From assembly GCA_052033375.1 (NCBI GenBank), contig JBPOJQ010000010.1:5941-69940 (forward strand): a stretch of 64,000 nucleotides of DNA. The letters are read 5' to 3'. Positions 1-10,593 of the stretch are shown here, piece by piece. The notes beneath the pieces were generated by a model that did not search any database, was not told the origin of the DNA, and was given only the letters and a program-made list of their open reading frames with translations. Positions within the stretch are counted from its first letter, which is position 1. The number at the start of each line of letters is the position of its first letter. A program made the translations under genes and the position numbers. The stretch comes from Candidatus Magasanikiibacteriota bacterium. Its GTDB lineage: Bacteria > Patescibacteriota > Patescibacteriia > Magasanikbacterales > UBA922.

Positions 1-626
1 ATGTACCAGCTACTGTTCGGGCAATCGAATATGATCCAAATCGTGGTCCACGTATTGCTTTGGTTGAGTATGCTGATGGAAAAAAGTCGTATATTCTCGG
101 ATACGAGGGAATAAAAGTGGGTGATGTTGTTGTCTCTTCAAAAAATAAACTTGAGCCAAAAAATGGAAATCGAATGCCACTAGAATATATTCCAGCTGGA
201 ATGTTTGTCTACAATGTGGAATTGGAACCAGGAAAAGGTGGTCAACTCGGACGAGGTGCTGGAGTCGGAGTACAGTTGATGGTTATTGAAGGAAAATATG
301 CGCAATTGAAAATGCCATCTTCTGAAGTTCGATTAGTGAAAAAAGAATGTATTGCAAGTGTAGGCCAACTGGGAAATCCAGATTATAAATTGATCCGATG
401 GGGGAAAGCAGGTCGTGTACGTTATCGCGGAATCAGACCGACAGTTATTGGTAAAAACATGAACCCAGTCGATCATCCACACGGTGGAGGAGAAGGACAT
501 TCTCCGATTGGTCAGAGACGAGGACCTCGCACTCCATGGGGAAAACCAGCACGTGGTGTGAAGACCAGACTCAAGAAAGCGAGCGACAAGTTCATTGTTT
601 CACGACGAATCGTTAAAAAGAAATAA
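1..626 (+). CDS. rplB: 50S ribosomal protein uL2, 5'-truncated by window edge
   Basis: IEYDPNR, RWGKAGR and [13 protein letters not shown] motifs. Confidence 0.98.
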   Translation, partial: VPATVRAIEYDPNRGPRIALVEYADGKKSYILGYEGIKVGDVVVSSKNKLEPKNGNRMPLEYIPAGMFVYNVELEPGKGGQLGRGAGVGVQLMVIEGKYAQLKMPSSEVRLVKKECIASVGQLGNPDYKLIRWGKAGRVRYRGIRPTVIGKNMNPVDHPHGGGEGHSPIGQRRGPRTPWGKPARGVKTRLKKASDKFIVSRRIVKKK

Positions 627-638
627 CACATTGTTATT

Positions 639-962
639 ATGTCACGAAGTTTAAAAAAAGGACCATACACTGACACTAAGCTCATGCAAAAAGTAGAGAA
701 GGCTCTTAAGAATGGAGACAAAAAGCCAATTAAAACATGGGCGCGTGCTTCGACGATTACTCCTGCAATGGTAGGTCTGAAGTTTCAGGTACATAATGGT
801 AAAGATTTTCCTGAAATATTGATTGATGAAAACATGGTTGGTCACAAACTTGGAGAATTTTCTTTGACTCGCAAATTCGTTAGTCATGGTGGAAAGATGG
901 CCAAAGAAGAGAATAAGGCGGCGGCAGCTCCTGCGAAACCAGCAGCAGCTCCTGCGAAATAA
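639..962 (+). CDS. rpsS: 30S ribosomal protein uS19
   Basis: [22 protein letters not shown]; S10 operon order; Ala/Pro/Lys tail. Confidence 0.98.
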   Translation: MSRSLKKGPYTDTKLMQKVEKALKNGDKKPIKTWARASTITPAMVGLKFQVHNGKDFPEILIDENMVGHKLGEFSLTRKFVSHGGKMAKEENKAAAAPAKPAAAPAK

Positions 963-974
963 TTTAGCGTATAT

Positions 975-1463
975 ATGAAGCTTGAATCAAAAGCACAATT
1001 GAATAGTTTACGCATGAGTCCTCAGAAAGTACGACTTCTTGCAGATTTGATCAGGGGAATGCATGTGCAGGATGCGTCAGCTCAGCTTCAGTTTTCTAGA
1101 AAAGCTGCGGCAAAACCACTATACACGCTTGTGCAGTCAGCAATTGCCAATGCAGTACATAATCATCAGATGGATCCAAAGACATTGGTAATTTCAACTA
1201 TTTTTGTGAATGAAGGTGCTGTATTGAAACGATGGATGCCTCGAGCGCAAGGACGTGCGACACCTCTCCGAAAGAGAAGTTCACATATCACTCTTGTACT
1301 CACCGGCGAAGGGGCACAGAAAAAAGAAGTACCTGAAGTTCCTGCTGCATCTGAAGTAGTTGCATCTGAGGCTGATACAAAAAAAACGAGCGTAAAATCA
1401 AAAAAAGCAACAACAAAGCCACGCGCTTCTAAGGCTCGAGCAAAGAAAGCACAAGCTTCATAA
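975..1463 (+). CDS. rplV: 50S ribosomal protein uL22 with Lys/Ala-rich C-terminal extension
   Basis: SPQKVRLLADLIRG, PRAQGRA..RKRSSHITL. Confidence 0.98.
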   Translation: MKLESKAQLNSLRMSPQKVRLLADLIRGMHVQDASAQLQFSRKAAAKPLYTLVQSAIANAVHNHQMDPKTLVISTIFVNEGAVLKRWMPRAQGRATPLRKRSSHITLVLTGEGAQKKEVPEVPAASEVVASEADTKKTSVKSKKATTKPRASKARAKKAQAS

Positions 1464-1494
1464 TAATATCTAGATAACGATTTATTTCATTCGT

Positions 1495-2190
1495 ATGGGT
1501 CACAAAGTCCACCCCAAAATCTACCGAACAGGAATTCTCTTCCCTTGGGTCTCTCGCTGGGTTTCTATTTCGAAGTATCCTCAATATTTGGAACAAGATG
1601 TGAGAATACGTGAGTTTTTGTCAGCGAAATTCAAAGATGCTCAAATTGATTCTATCTTTATTGAACGAGGTCCAAAAAATATCACCATTACTATTTTTGC
1701 AGGTAAACCTGGTGTCGTAATTGGACGTGGTGGACAAGGATTAGAAGTTTTGAAGAAAGATATTGAGCGAAAGTTTTTGAAAATGGCGATTGCAGTCAAA
1801 TTGAATGTGCAGGAAGTTCGAAGTCCTTCACTTTCAGCACCAATTGTAGCTGAAATGATTGCTAAAGATATTGAAAATCGTATTCCATTCCGCAGAATCA
1901 TGAAGCAGACTATTGAACGTGTCATGAAAGCTGGTGCGCAAGGTGTAAAAATTTCAGTCTCAGGACGTTTGAATGGTGCTGAAATTGCACGTCGAGAAAC
2001 ATTGTCTTCTGGAAAAATTCCATTGACTACACTCCGCAGTAATGTAGATTATATCCACCACACCGCACAGACTATTTATGGCGCGATTGGGGTCAAAGTA
2101 TGGATTTATTTGGGTGAATCATTTGAACAGATTGATAAATTGGCTGAAAAAACTGAATCAATCAAACGTAACAAAAAGAAACACGAATAA
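1495..2190 (+). CDS. rpsC: 30S ribosomal protein uS3
   Basis: MGHKVHP, PGVVIGRGG, SGRLNGAEIAR, GVKVWIY. Confidence 0.98.
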   Translation: MGHKVHPKIYRTGILFPWVSRWVSISKYPQYLEQDVRIREFLSAKFKDAQIDSIFIERGPKNITITIFAGKPGVVIGRGGQGLEVLKKDIERKFLKMAIAVKLNVQEVRSPSLSAPIVAEMIAKDIENRIPFRRIMKQTIERVMKAGAQGVKISVSGRLNGAEIARRETLSSGKIPLTTLRSNVDYIHHTAQTIYGAIGVKVWIYLGESFEQIDKLAEKTESIKRNKKKHE

Positions 2191-2238
2191 GATACGTTTT
2201 AACACAGATGTGATAATTACATATACGAAGTACATAAT

Positions 2239-2649
2239 ATGTTAATCCCTAAAAAAGTAAAACATAGAAAGTGGCATCGACCACGACGCATGAACAAGGG
2301 CGTCGCGACACGAACCACGACCATCGCTTTTGGAAGTTTTGGTCTCAAGTCTACCTCACATGCGTGGGTATCAAGTCGACAGATTGAAGCTGCTCGACGT
2401 GTGCTCACTCGATATGTGAAGCGTGGAGGAAAAATCTGGATTCGTATTTTCCCAGATCGACCAGTAACTCGAAAGGGAAGTGAAGTACCGATGGGTGGAG
2501 GAAAAGGGTCACCAGATCATTATGTATGTACAGTGAAGCCAGGTGTAGTAATGTTTGAAATGGAAGGTATCACTGAAACTGAGGCACGTGAAGCGTTGGT
2601 GCAAGCCGCATACAAGCTTCCGGTTACTGCTCTCTTTGTTAAACGCTAA
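2239..2649 (+). CDS. rplP: 50S ribosomal protein uL16
   Basis: QIEAARR, WIRIFPD, MGGGKG. Confidence 0.98.
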   Translation: MLIPKKVKHRKWHRPRRMNKGVATRTTTIAFGSFGLKSTSHAWVSSRQIEAARRVLTRYVKRGGKIWIRIFPDRPVTRKGSEVPMGGGKGSPDHYVCTVKPGVVMFEMEGITETEAREALVQAAYKLPVTALFVKR

Positions 2650-2675
2650 TTACTTGATTATTTATTCTCGTTAGT

Positions 2676-2882
2676 ATGGTTAATGCGAAAGATCTACAAT
2701 TACAAAGTATCCAGGAATTGCATGAAAGCCTTTCTTCAAAACGGGAAGAATTACGCGTGCTCCGTTTTTCAGCAGGAGGCAATCAATTGAAGGATGTGCG
2801 AGCTATTCGCGAAGTTCGATTGGATATTGCTCGAATTCTTAGTGCGATCAACGCAAAAAAGGCTGATAACGTGAAAAAATAA
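2676..2882 (+). CDS. rpmC: 50S ribosomal protein uL29
   Basis: LRF..QL..IREVRLDIARIL; position between rplP and rpsQ. Confidence 0.93.
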   Translation: MVNAKDLQLQSIQELHESLSSKREELRVLRFSAGGNQLKDVRAIREVRLDIARILSAINAKKADNVKK

Positions 2883-2896
2883 TATCATTTTAGATT

Positions 2897-3175
2897 ATGA
2901 CTACCGTACCAACCAAAAAAACTGTACAGCGCCGACGATTTGAGGGCGAAGTGGTTTCTACTAAAGAAAACAAGACGATCCATGTTACTGTTGAGAGTAT
3001 CAAAACTCATCCTAAGTATAACAAGCAATATAGTCGAAGTAAGAAGTTTGCTGTACATGATGAGAATAAACAAGCCCAGGTAGGCGATCGTGTATTGTTT
3101 GAAGAGTGTCGTCCATTGAGTAAGACTAAACGATGGACATTGGTTCGTGTCTTGGTACGCGCACAGAATTCATAA
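2897..3175 (+). CDS. rpsQ: 30S ribosomal protein uS17
   Basis: HPKYNK, ECRPLSKTKRW. Confidence 0.98.
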   Translation: MTTVPTKKTVQRRRFEGEVVSTKENKTIHVTVESIKTHPKYNKQYSRSKKFAVHDENKQAQVGDRVLFEECRPLSKTKRWTLVRVLVRAQNS

Positions 3176-3195
3176 CATCAAGGTAATTTGCTTAT

Positions 3196-3567
3196 ATGAT
3201 TCAACACAGAAGTATTCTCACCGTTGCGGATAATAGTGGAGCTAAGAGGCTCATGTGTATTCGCGTACTCGGTGGCTACAAGAAACGTTTTGCACGGATA
3301 GGTGATGTAATTACCTGTAGTGTGAAAGAAGCATTACCACGTACCCAAGTAAAAAAGGGTGAAGTGGTGCATGTGGTTATTGTACGTCAGAAAAAAGAAT
3401 TACGACGTAAAGATGGTACGTATATTCGTTTTGATGAGAATGCTGGTGTTATAATTGATAAAGCTTCTGGTGAACCAAAAGGAACACGTATCTTTGGACC
3501 AGTGGCACGTGAACTTCGCCAAAAAGGATACCAGCGTATTATTTCTCTTGCTCCGGAAGTCCTCTAA
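3196..3567 (+). CDS. rplN: 50S ribosomal protein uL14
   Basis: [28 protein letters not shown]. Confidence 0.98.
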   Translation: MIQHRSILTVADNSGAKRLMCIRVLGGYKKRFARIGDVITCSVKEALPRTQVKKGEVVHVVIVRQKKELRRKDGTYIRFDENAGVIIDKASGEPKGTRIFGPVARELRQKGYQRIISLAPEVL

Positions 3568-3582
3568 TTTTAGAAGCATTAT

Positions 3583-3903
3583 ATGAAAATAAAGACAGGA
3601 GACAACGTAATCGTATTATCAGGAAAAGACCGAGGCAAAACCGGTAAGGTTGTGCAGGTGCTTAATAATAAGACAACCATGCAATCATATGTTGTGGTTG
3701 AGGGATTGCACATGCTCAAGAAACATTTACGCTCAGGACGACAAGGTGAAAAAGGGCAAGTAATTGAATTACCTTCTCCAATACATGCAAGTTCAGTTGC
3801 GCTGGTTGATCCTAAGACGAATAAAGGTACTCGAGTAGGCTATCGAGTCGAAGGTGATACGAAGAAACGCGTTACCAAGGGAAGTAATGAAATTATTGGA
3901 TAA
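3583..3903 (+). CDS. rplX: 50S ribosomal protein uL24
   Basis: MKIKTGDNVIVLSGKDRGKTGKV, PIHAS. Confidence 0.97.
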   Translation: MKIKTGDNVIVLSGKDRGKTGKVVQVLNNKTTMQSYVVVEGLHMLKKHLRSGRQGEKGQVIELPSPIHASSVALVDPKTNKGTRVGYRVEGDTKKRVTKGSNEIIG

Positions 3904-3911
3904 TTTTGTAT

Positions 3912-4457
3912 ATGAAATCATCACTATATCAACTCTATAAAACTCAGGTAGTCCCTACACTCAAAGAAAGAATGGGATATGCCAATGTTATGCAGATTCC
4001 TCGTATCACAAAGGTGGTACTCAATGTGGGATATGGTAAACGTGCCAAGGAAAATGCATTTATCGAACGAGTTGAAGAGACACTTCGAAGAATTGCTGGA
4101 CAGAAGCCTGTTCGAAATAAAGCGAAGAAATCAATTTCGAACTTCAAGCTTCGAGAAGGGACTGAAATCGGATCATCAGTTACTATTCGTGGTGATCAGA
4201 TGTATGATTTTCTATACAAGCTTATTCATTTGACATTGCCTCGTGTTCGAGATTTCCGAGGACTCAACCCAAAGAGTTTTGATGGGAAGGGAAATTATAC
4301 GATTGGATTTAAAGAACACCTTGCATTTCCTGAAATCGGAGGAGATGCTGCAGATCAGATTCATGGATTGGAAATGACAATTTCAACTACTGCCAATACT
4401 AATGATGAAGGACGCGCACTACTCGAAGAACTAGGATTCCCTTTCAGAAAGAAATAA
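3912..4457 (+). CDS. rplE: 50S ribosomal protein uL5
   Basis: [27 protein letters not shown]; start placed at ATG 3912. Confidence 0.98.
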   Translation: MKSSLYQLYKTQVVPTLKERMGYANVMQIPRITKVVLNVGYGKRAKENAFIERVEETLRRIAGQKPVRNKAKKSISNFKLREGTEIGSSVTIRGDQMYDFLYKLIHLTLPRVRDFRGLNPKSFDGKGNYTIGFKEHLAFPEIGGDAADQIHGLEMTISTTANTNDEGRALLEELGFPFRKK

Positions 4458-4470
4458 ATTATTTACGGTT

Positions 4471-4656
4471 ATGGCAACACAGGCACAGATTTCAAAATCA
4501 CAAAGAAAACCAAAATTCAGCACCCGCGTTGTACGCAGATGCTGGCATTGTGGACGCAAGCGTGGATATATGCGCAAATTCAAATTGTGCAGAATCTGTT
4601 TTCGAGAGCTTGCGAATAAAGCAGCGCTCCCTGGCGTCCGAAAGTCGAGCTGGTAA
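4471..4656 (+). CDS. rpsN: 30S ribosomal protein uS14, Zn-binding (C+) type
   Basis: 61 aa, CWHC...CRIC zinc ligands, GVRKSSW. Confidence 0.97.
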   Translation: MATQAQISKSQRKPKFSTRVVRRCWHCGRKRGYMRKFKLCRICFRELANKAALPGVRKSSW

Positions 4657-4692
4657 AAGTCGACCTATTCCTAACCTAATTATCTATTACGT

Positions 4693-5082
4693 ATGATGAC
4701 TGACCCTATCGCAGACATGCTCACACGAATCAGAAACGCGCACCAATCGCGAAAGAAGCGTGTGCTTGTACCCTATTCTCGGGTGAAGTTTGCGATTGCT
4801 GAAATTCTTAAAAAACAAGGCTACATTGATGCTGTGGTCACCGAAGAGGGAATGCCAAAGATGATTGCCCTTGATTTGAAGTATGCCGGGAATGTTCCAG
4901 CAATCACTTCGATTACTCGAGAAAGTACCCCTGGGCATCGCATGTATCGCAAATCATCTGAATTGCCAAAAGTATTGAATGGATTTGGTGTTGCAATTGT
5001 TTCAACAAGTCATGGAATTATGACTGCGCAAGATGCACGAAAAAAAGGAATTGGTGGGGAAGTATTGTGTTCAGTTTACTAA
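4693..5082 (+). CDS. rpsH: 30S ribosomal protein uS8
   Basis: TDPIADMLTRIRNA, GGEVLCSVY. Confidence 0.98.
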   Translation: MMTDPIADMLTRIRNAHQSRKKRVLVPYSRVKFAIAEILKKQGYIDAVVTEEGMPKMIALDLKYAGNVPAITSITRESTPGHRMYRKSSELPKVLNGFGVAIVSTSHGIMTAQDARKKGIGGEVLCSVY

Positions 5083-5106
5083 ACAGGAACTATTAGCCAG
5101 ACTTAT

Positions 5107-5655
5107 ATGTCACGTATCGGAAAACAACAACTCAGTATTCCTCAGGGAGTAGAAGTAAAGATTCATGAGCAGCTCATTTCGGTCAAAGGACCAAAAGGTT
5201 CGCTCGAACGATCAATCCACCCAGTGGTAACTGTTTCTATTGAAAATGGAATTATTACTGTATCTGTACAGAATCCTGAAGAGAAATCTGAGCGAGCTTT
5301 GTGGGGAACATTTGCTGCACATATCAAAAATATGATTGAAGGTGTGACTAAAGGTTTTGAAAAAAAACTTGAAGTCAATGGAGTTGGTTTTCGTGTGGCT
5401 ATGCAAGGAAAAGATCTCAAACTTGAAATTGGTTTTTCACATCCAGTCGTGTACGCTATGCCTCCTCAAGTTGTTGCTACAGTTGAAAAAAATATCATCA
5501 CATTGACTAGTGCTGATGTGGAAATACTTGGAAAGACCGCTGCTGAAATTCGTGCGTTGAAAAAACCTGAACCATATAAGGGTAAAGGAATCAAATATGT
5601 TGATGAAGTTCTCCGACGTAAAGCAGGTAAAACCGCATCTGCAGGTAAAGAATAA
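5107..5655 (+). CDS. rplF: 50S ribosomal protein uL6
   Basis: MSRIGK, PEPYKGKGIKY. Confidence 0.98.
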   Translation: MSRIGKQQLSIPQGVEVKIHEQLISVKGPKGSLERSIHPVVTVSIENGIITVSVQNPEEKSERALWGTFAAHIKNMIEGVTKGFEKKLEVNGVGFRVAMQGKDLKLEIGFSHPVVYAMPPQVVATVEKNIITLTSADVEILGKTAAEIRALKKPEPYKGKGIKYVDEVLRRKAGKTASAGKE

Positions 5656-5667
5656 TATTGATATTAT

Positions 5668-6042
5668 ATGAAACAAGCTAATACACGTAGCGCATATCGC
5701 GTACGACGTCACAAAAGAATTCGTAAACAAGTAATTGGTACTGCTGAGAGACCACGACTTTCGATATATCGAAGTCTGCTCAGTATGTATGCTCAACTTA
5801 TTGATGATGCTCGTGGTGTCACCTTGGTGGGAATTTCAGGAACAGGGACATTGACTACGACTGCTGACGCTGGTGAGAGAAAGGGAAAAGTAAAACTCGC
5901 ATATCTTCTCGGACACGAAATTGCTCTCAAAGCAAAAGAAAAGAATATTACTCATGTAGTATTTGACCGTGGAGGATTCACCTATCATGGACGCATCGCT
6001 GCATTTGCCGATGGAGCGCGAGATGGTGGACTCAAATTCTAA
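5668..6042 (+). CDS. rplR: 50S ribosomal protein uL18
   Basis: RPRLSIYRS, VVFDRGGFTYHGRI. Confidence 0.98.
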   Translation: MKQANTRSAYRVRRHKRIRKQVIGTAERPRLSIYRSLLSMYAQLIDDARGVTLVGISGTGTLTTTADAGERKGKVKLAYLLGHEIALKAKEKNITHVVFDRGGFTYHGRIAAFADGARDGGLKF

Positions 6043-6059
6043 CCATTTATACTAGCTAT

Positions 6060-6689
6060 ATGTCTAATCAAAAACGTAACGAACGCGGTCCCCGAACACC
6101 CAAAGAAAAACCTGAATTCGATCAGACTATTGTTGATCTTGCGCGTGTAACGCGTGTGACCAAAGGTGGAAAACACATGAGTTTCCGAGCATGTGTCCTT
6201 ATTGGAGATCGAAAAGGGCGCGTGGCATATGGAATTGAAAAAGGAAAAGATGTGCAAATCGCAGTAGATAAAGCAGTTAATCAAGCAAAGAAAAATATTT
6301 TGACTGTGCCTATTTTTAATGGCACGATCCCTCATCGAGTCGAAGCAAAATTTAAAGCTGGAAAAATCATGATTAAACCTGCACCAAAGGGTTCTGGAAT
6401 TATCGCGGGTAGCGCGGTGCGTATGGTACTTGATCTTGCTGGTGTGGGAAATGCATCTGGGAAAATTTTGGGAAAGACTAATAATAAAGTAGTCAACGTA
6501 AAAGCAACTTTTGAAGCGTTGAAAAAATTCAAATCACAGGCAGTTCGTACACTGTCAAAACAACGTCCGGTGGCTCCAGTCGTGGCTTCTGCTGAAGTAG
6601 CGCAGCCTGTTCTTGAGACTGAAACCGTAAAACGAAAACCAGCACGAAAAAAAGCTGCACCAAAGAAGACTGCTGAATCAGCAGCCTAG
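6060..6689 (+). CDS. rpsE: 30S ribosomal protein uS5 with C-terminal extension
   Basis: RVTRVTKGG, KPAPKGSGIIAG. Confidence 0.98.
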   Translation: MSNQKRNERGPRTPKEKPEFDQTIVDLARVTRVTKGGKHMSFRACVLIGDRKGRVAYGIEKGKDVQIAVDKAVNQAKKNILTVPIFNGTIPHRVEAKFKAGKIMIKPAPKGSGIIAGSAVRMVLDLAGVGNASGKILGKTNNKVVNVKATFEALKKFKSQAVRTLSKQRPVAPVVASAEVAQPVLETETVKRKPARKKAAPKKTAESAA

Positions 6690-6716
6690 TATAAGGAATT
6701 TCTATAATTTTTTTGT

Positions 6717-7151
6717 ATGTTAACCCCTTCAACAATCACTTCACGAGGCCGTAAACGAAACACCAAACGTGTGGGTCGTGGTAATTCGAGCGGAAAGGGA
6801 AGTTATTCTACACGTGGTATTAAAGGACAGCGAGCACGAACAGGTTCGAGTGGTATTATGCGTCGTGCGTTCAAAGCACAACTTCAGAAAGTTCCTAAAT
6901 CTCGTGGTTTTTCTTCAAGTGCGCTCAGACCTGAGACTGTATCTCTCGCCCAATTGAATACTCTCGCTCAATCAGTTTCTGAAATTACTCCATATGTGCT
7001 TAAAGCGCATGGTTTGATACAGAATGTACGAGCTGGTGTAAAAATCGTCGGCAACGGAGAATTGACTAAAAAAGTAGTATTGCATGACTGTCTTGCTACG
7101 AAAACTGCATTACAGGCTATTGAAAAAGCAGGTGGTAGTCTCGTGATGTAA
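6717..7151 (+). CDS. rplO: 50S ribosomal protein uL15
   Basis: KRVGRGNSSGKG..RGIKGQRAR, IEKAGG. Confidence 0.96.
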   Translation: MLTPSTITSRGRKRNTKRVGRGNSSGKGSYSTRGIKGQRARTGSSGIMRRAFKAQLQKVPKSRGFSSSALRPETVSLAQLNTLAQSVSEITPYVLKAHGLIQNVRAGVKIVGNGELTKKVVLHDCLATKTALQAIEKAGGSLVM

Positions 7152-7320
7152 TTTTTCTGTTACGCGCTGACTATTTCTTGATCCAGGTGTACTCTCGTTT
7201 GGTACTGGCTTATAGAAACGAAATTAAAAAAGTATTCGTTAATTCGCACCTTACCTATCAGTAGACAGGCGTAATTTGCCTGGGACTCCTTCATCTACTC
7301 AACCTAATACACGAACCTCT

Positions 7321-8592
7321 ATGTGGAATAAAATACGTCGAATTTGGACTATTCCTGATATTCGCAATCGAGTACTTTTTGTATTAGGAATGCTCGTAGT
7401 ATTTCGTTTGGCTGCACACATTCCTGTTCCTGGAGTGAATACCGAAGGATTGCGTCAATTTCTCGCGGGAAATCAGATTTTAGGTTTACTCAATATTTTT
7501 TCTGGTGGCACCATCGCTAATTTTTCTATTGTGATGCTCGGTGTGGCCCCTTATATCACTGCCTCGATTATTTTCCAATTGTTGACACTTGTAGTGCCTT
7601 ATTTTGAAGAGCTTTCAAAAGAGGGGGAGAGCGGACAGCAAAAAATTAATATGTATACGAGAATTGCTGCGGTACCTCTCGCATTACTTCAGGCATACGG
7701 TACAATAAAATTGTTGCATCAGTCACAGTTTAGTATTATCGGCGATCTCACTACTTTCAAATATATTTCAATCATGATTACCATTACTGCAGGAAGTATT
7801 TTCCTTATGTGGATTGGTGAACTTATTACTGAAAAAAGTATTGGAAATGGAATTTCTTTGCTTATTTTTTCAGGTATCGTTGCTTCTCTTCCTACGTCCA
7901 TTCAGACCGCTATTATCAATTACGATTCCTCACAGCTCTACATTTATTTGTTGTTTGCTGCGCTTGCAATCGTGACTATTTTGGGTGTGGTATTTGTGAA
8001 TGAAGGGCAACGAAATATTCCCGTCAGTTATGCCAGACAAAATCAGGGAACACGTTCGTTTGGTGGTATGACGAATTATCTTCCGCTTCGAATCAATATG
8101 GCGGGGGTTGTGCCGATTATTTTTGCCATTTCAATGGTGTTGTTTCCTCCAATGGTCGCGCAGTTTTTTGTACAGCGTGGCGGGTTTATTGGAAACGCAG
8201 CAACAGCGATTGTTACCATCTTCAATAATCAATTATTTTACGGAATTATATATTTTGTTTTAGTATTTGGTTTTACTTATTTCTATACATCAATTGTATT
8301 CAATCCTCATAAAATGGCTGAAAATTTGCAGCGTCAGGGTGCTTTTATTCTTGGAATCAGACCAGGAAAACAGACAGAAGAATATTTACAGAAGACGATG
8401 ACCAAATTATTATTTTCAGGTGCATTGTTCCTTGGTATTATTGCGATTTTACCTCTGGTTGCACGGGGTTTTACCGGTTCACAGGGATTAGTTATCGGTG
8501 GTACTAGTCTATTGATCGTAGTTTCTGTTGCTGTTGAGACTACCAAACAGCTTGAATCACAATTAAAGATGCATGAATACGATCATGTATAA
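7321..8592 (+). CDS. secY: Preprotein translocase subunit SecY
   Basis: LGVAPYITASII, GNGISLLIF, GIRPGKQT, GGTSLLIVV; start placed at ATG 7321. Confidence 0.98.
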   Translation: MWNKIRRIWTIPDIRNRVLFVLGMLVVFRLAAHIPVPGVNTEGLRQFLAGNQILGLLNIFSGGTIANFSIVMLGVAPYITASIIFQLLTLVVPYFEELSKEGESGQQKINMYTRIAAVPLALLQAYGTIKLLHQSQFSIIGDLTTFKYISIMITITAGSIFLMWIGELITEKSIGNGISLLIFSGIVASLPTSIQTAIINYDSSQLYIYLLFAALAIVTILGVVFVNEGQRNIPVSYARQNQGTRSFGGMTNYLPLRINMAGVVPIIFAISMVLFPPMVAQFFVQRGGFIGNAATAIVTIFNNQLFYGIIYFVLVFGFTYFYTSIVFNPHKMAENLQRQGAFILGIRPGKQTEEYLQKTMTKLLFSGALFLGIIAILPLVARGFTGSQGLVIGGTSLLIVVSVAVETTKQLESQLKMHEYDHV

Positions 8593-8606
8593 TATACTTA
8601 TCTTTG

Positions 8607-8642
8607 AACACGCCTTCTGCTATACTTCGGAGGCGTGTTTTT
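8607..8642 (+). terminator. Intrinsic terminator-like hairpin after secY
   Basis: AACACGCCTTC / GGAGGCGTGTT stem followed by T-run. Confidence 0.65.
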
Positions 8643-8660
8643 AGTTGTACTTACTTTTCT

Positions 8661-9320
8661 ATGAAAAAAATTATTATACTTTTGGGGATTCCAGGTAGTG
8701 GAAAGGGTACTCAGGCAAAGCGCTTGGCTCAGCGTTTTCAGTATGGACATATTTCAACAGGGGATTTGCTTCGTACTTTTGAAAAAGATCCGAATGCATC
8801 TCCTGCAGATACCGCACTGCTTGCAGATATGAGGGAGGGTAAATTGGTTTCTGATGATTTGATTTACCGTCTCGCATTTACGACCATGGACGCTTATTTT
8901 TCCCGTGGACAGGGTGTTGTACTTGACGGTGCGATTAGGACACAAAAACAGGCATCTGCATATGACGAATATTTTGTTTCAAAGCATGTACACGATGATG
9001 TTATTGTGGTTGAAATTGCGCTAACTGACGAAGATGGTGCATTGAGAATTCTTAAACGTAAATTATGTGAATCATGCGGATTCATTATTCCCTATACGCC
9101 TCACAATGATACACTCACGTCGTGTGAAAAATGTGGCGGTAGGTTGGTCCGTCGGAGTGATGATACCGCTGAAACTGTCGCAAAGCGTATGAGAGAGCAG
9201 GGGAATGACGCAGTTGCACCTGTACGTCAGTATTATCAAGAAAAAGGATTGCTTCGTGTAGTTGATGGTACTCAAGGTATTGATGAGATCGAATCCGAAA
9301 TAGCCTCAATAGTTGCATAA
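8661..9320 (+). CDS. adk: Adenylate kinase with Zn-lid
   Basis: GIPGSGKGTQA P-loop, ISTGDLLR, CESC..CEKC lid, RSDD. Confidence 0.95.
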   Translation: MKKIIILLGIPGSGKGTQAKRLAQRFQYGHISTGDLLRTFEKDPNASPADTALLADMREGKLVSDDLIYRLAFTTMDAYFSRGQGVVLDGAIRTQKQASAYDEYFVSKHVHDDVIVVEIALTDEDGALRILKRKLCESCGFIIPYTPHNDTLTSCEKCGGRLVRRSDDTAETVAKRMREQGNDAVAPVRQYYQEKGLLRVVDGTQGIDEIESEIASIVA

Positions 9321-9394
9321 TTTTTTTGGTATATTTTTGTACAGAAAATTATTTTTTTCTGGTCATACTTTGTGCTATACTATTAGCACATTTT

Positions 9395-10552
9395 ATGTCT
9401 ACACGTTTGAAACATTTTTTTATTCCTCACGAAGAGAATAATTATCATCCACATTCATTACATCATGGACGTGTATTTTTTTATGGTTTTTTAGGGATTG
9501 TTATCAAATCAATTGCAGTTATTACTGCTCTTTTGTTACCTGCACAGGCGTTTGTGGTGCCCGAGGTCTTAGTTGCCCAACAGGAGAGGGTTATTGAGTT
9601 GACTAATCAGATTCGTACGAGAGAGCATGTCCCACTTCTCCAGTATCATGAAGCGCTTGGACAATCATCAGTACACAAAGCTATTGATATGACTCAGCAA
9701 GGATATTTTGAGCATATCAATCCACAGGGCAAGCGTTTGCGTGATTTTTTGAAGGAAGTGGGATATTCATATTCGGTTGCAGGAGAGAATTTGGCTGTGG
9801 GATTTTCTTCTCCTGAAGCTATGGTTGAAGCGTGGGTCGAGAGTCCTACTCATTTTGCTAATTTGATTGACCCTGATTTTACTGATATCGGTATTGGTTC
9901 TTCTGTTGGTATGTATGGGGATAATCTTGCTGTGTATGTAGCACAGCATTTTGGTCACCCATCGGCTGATATGACACACGTGTATGATTCACGTGAGCGG
10001 GTGAGGGGTGTGTCTGAAGATGCATCTGATACTACCGAGGTGTATTATGATTTTGGTTCATCTTCTTTATCATGGGCCACAGAAGGGGAGCAGATGATTG
10101 TGCGCGCACACGCTCGGATTGTTGGATTGGCTCATCGGGTGGTAGTGTTTGCACAGGGGTATGAATTTGAATTATATGATAGTCGTGAGGATGGGGTGTG
10201 GACTGGGATGATTACACTCCCTGAATCACTTTCAGATTTTTTTGCGTCAGTCATTCCTGCTGAAATTTCAATTACCTGGGCTGATGGTACTGTTACCCAT
10301 TCTTCGATTGAGTGGCAATCGATTCCAGTCATACCGATGGGTTCTCTTGAAAAGTATGAGATTTCAAAACGTGCACCGGCAGTGCTTGGTGCGCTTTCAC
10401 CAATATCACGAGGTATATTGTGGGGGATGATTGCATTCTTTTCGATTGCGTTGATGCTTAAAATTTTTATACAGATACGCCATCAGCGGTATCATGTTAT
10501 TGCGTCTGCTCTTACTCTTATTGGTTTTCTTAGTTTACTTCTAATTGTATAG
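9395..10552 (+). CDS. Membrane-anchored CAP (SCP) domain protein
   Basis: YFEH, AGENLA, AWVESPTHFANL, IGIG, QHFG; N- and C-terminal TM segments. Confidence 0.9.
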   Translation: MSTRLKHFFIPHEENNYHPHSLHHGRVFFYGFLGIVIKSIAVITALLLPAQAFVVPEVLVAQQERVIELTNQIRTREHVPLLQYHEALGQSSVHKAIDMTQQGYFEHINPQGKRLRDFLKEVGYSYSVAGENLAVGFSSPEAMVEAWVESPTHFANLIDPDFTDIGIGSSVGMYGDNLAVYVAQHFGHPSADMTHVYDSRERVRGVSEDASDTTEVYYDFGSSSLSWATEGEQMIVRAHARIVGLAHRVVVFAQGYEFELYDSREDGVWTGMITLPESLSDFFASVIPAEISITWADGTVTHSSIEWQSIPVIPMGSLEKYEISKRAPAVLGALSPISRGILWGMIAFFSIALMLKIFIQIRHQRYHVIASALTLIGFLSLLLIV

Positions 10553-10593
10553 CTGCTTCACAAATTTCCTCAATCTTGCTAGGATACTAGTCT

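Noticed and set aside
4471-4656. AGA/AGG reassignment to Ser suggested by tRNA-Ser(ACT)
   Set aside because: Conserved arginines in uS14 (RC and CRIC) are encoded by AGA, so AGA still means Arg.
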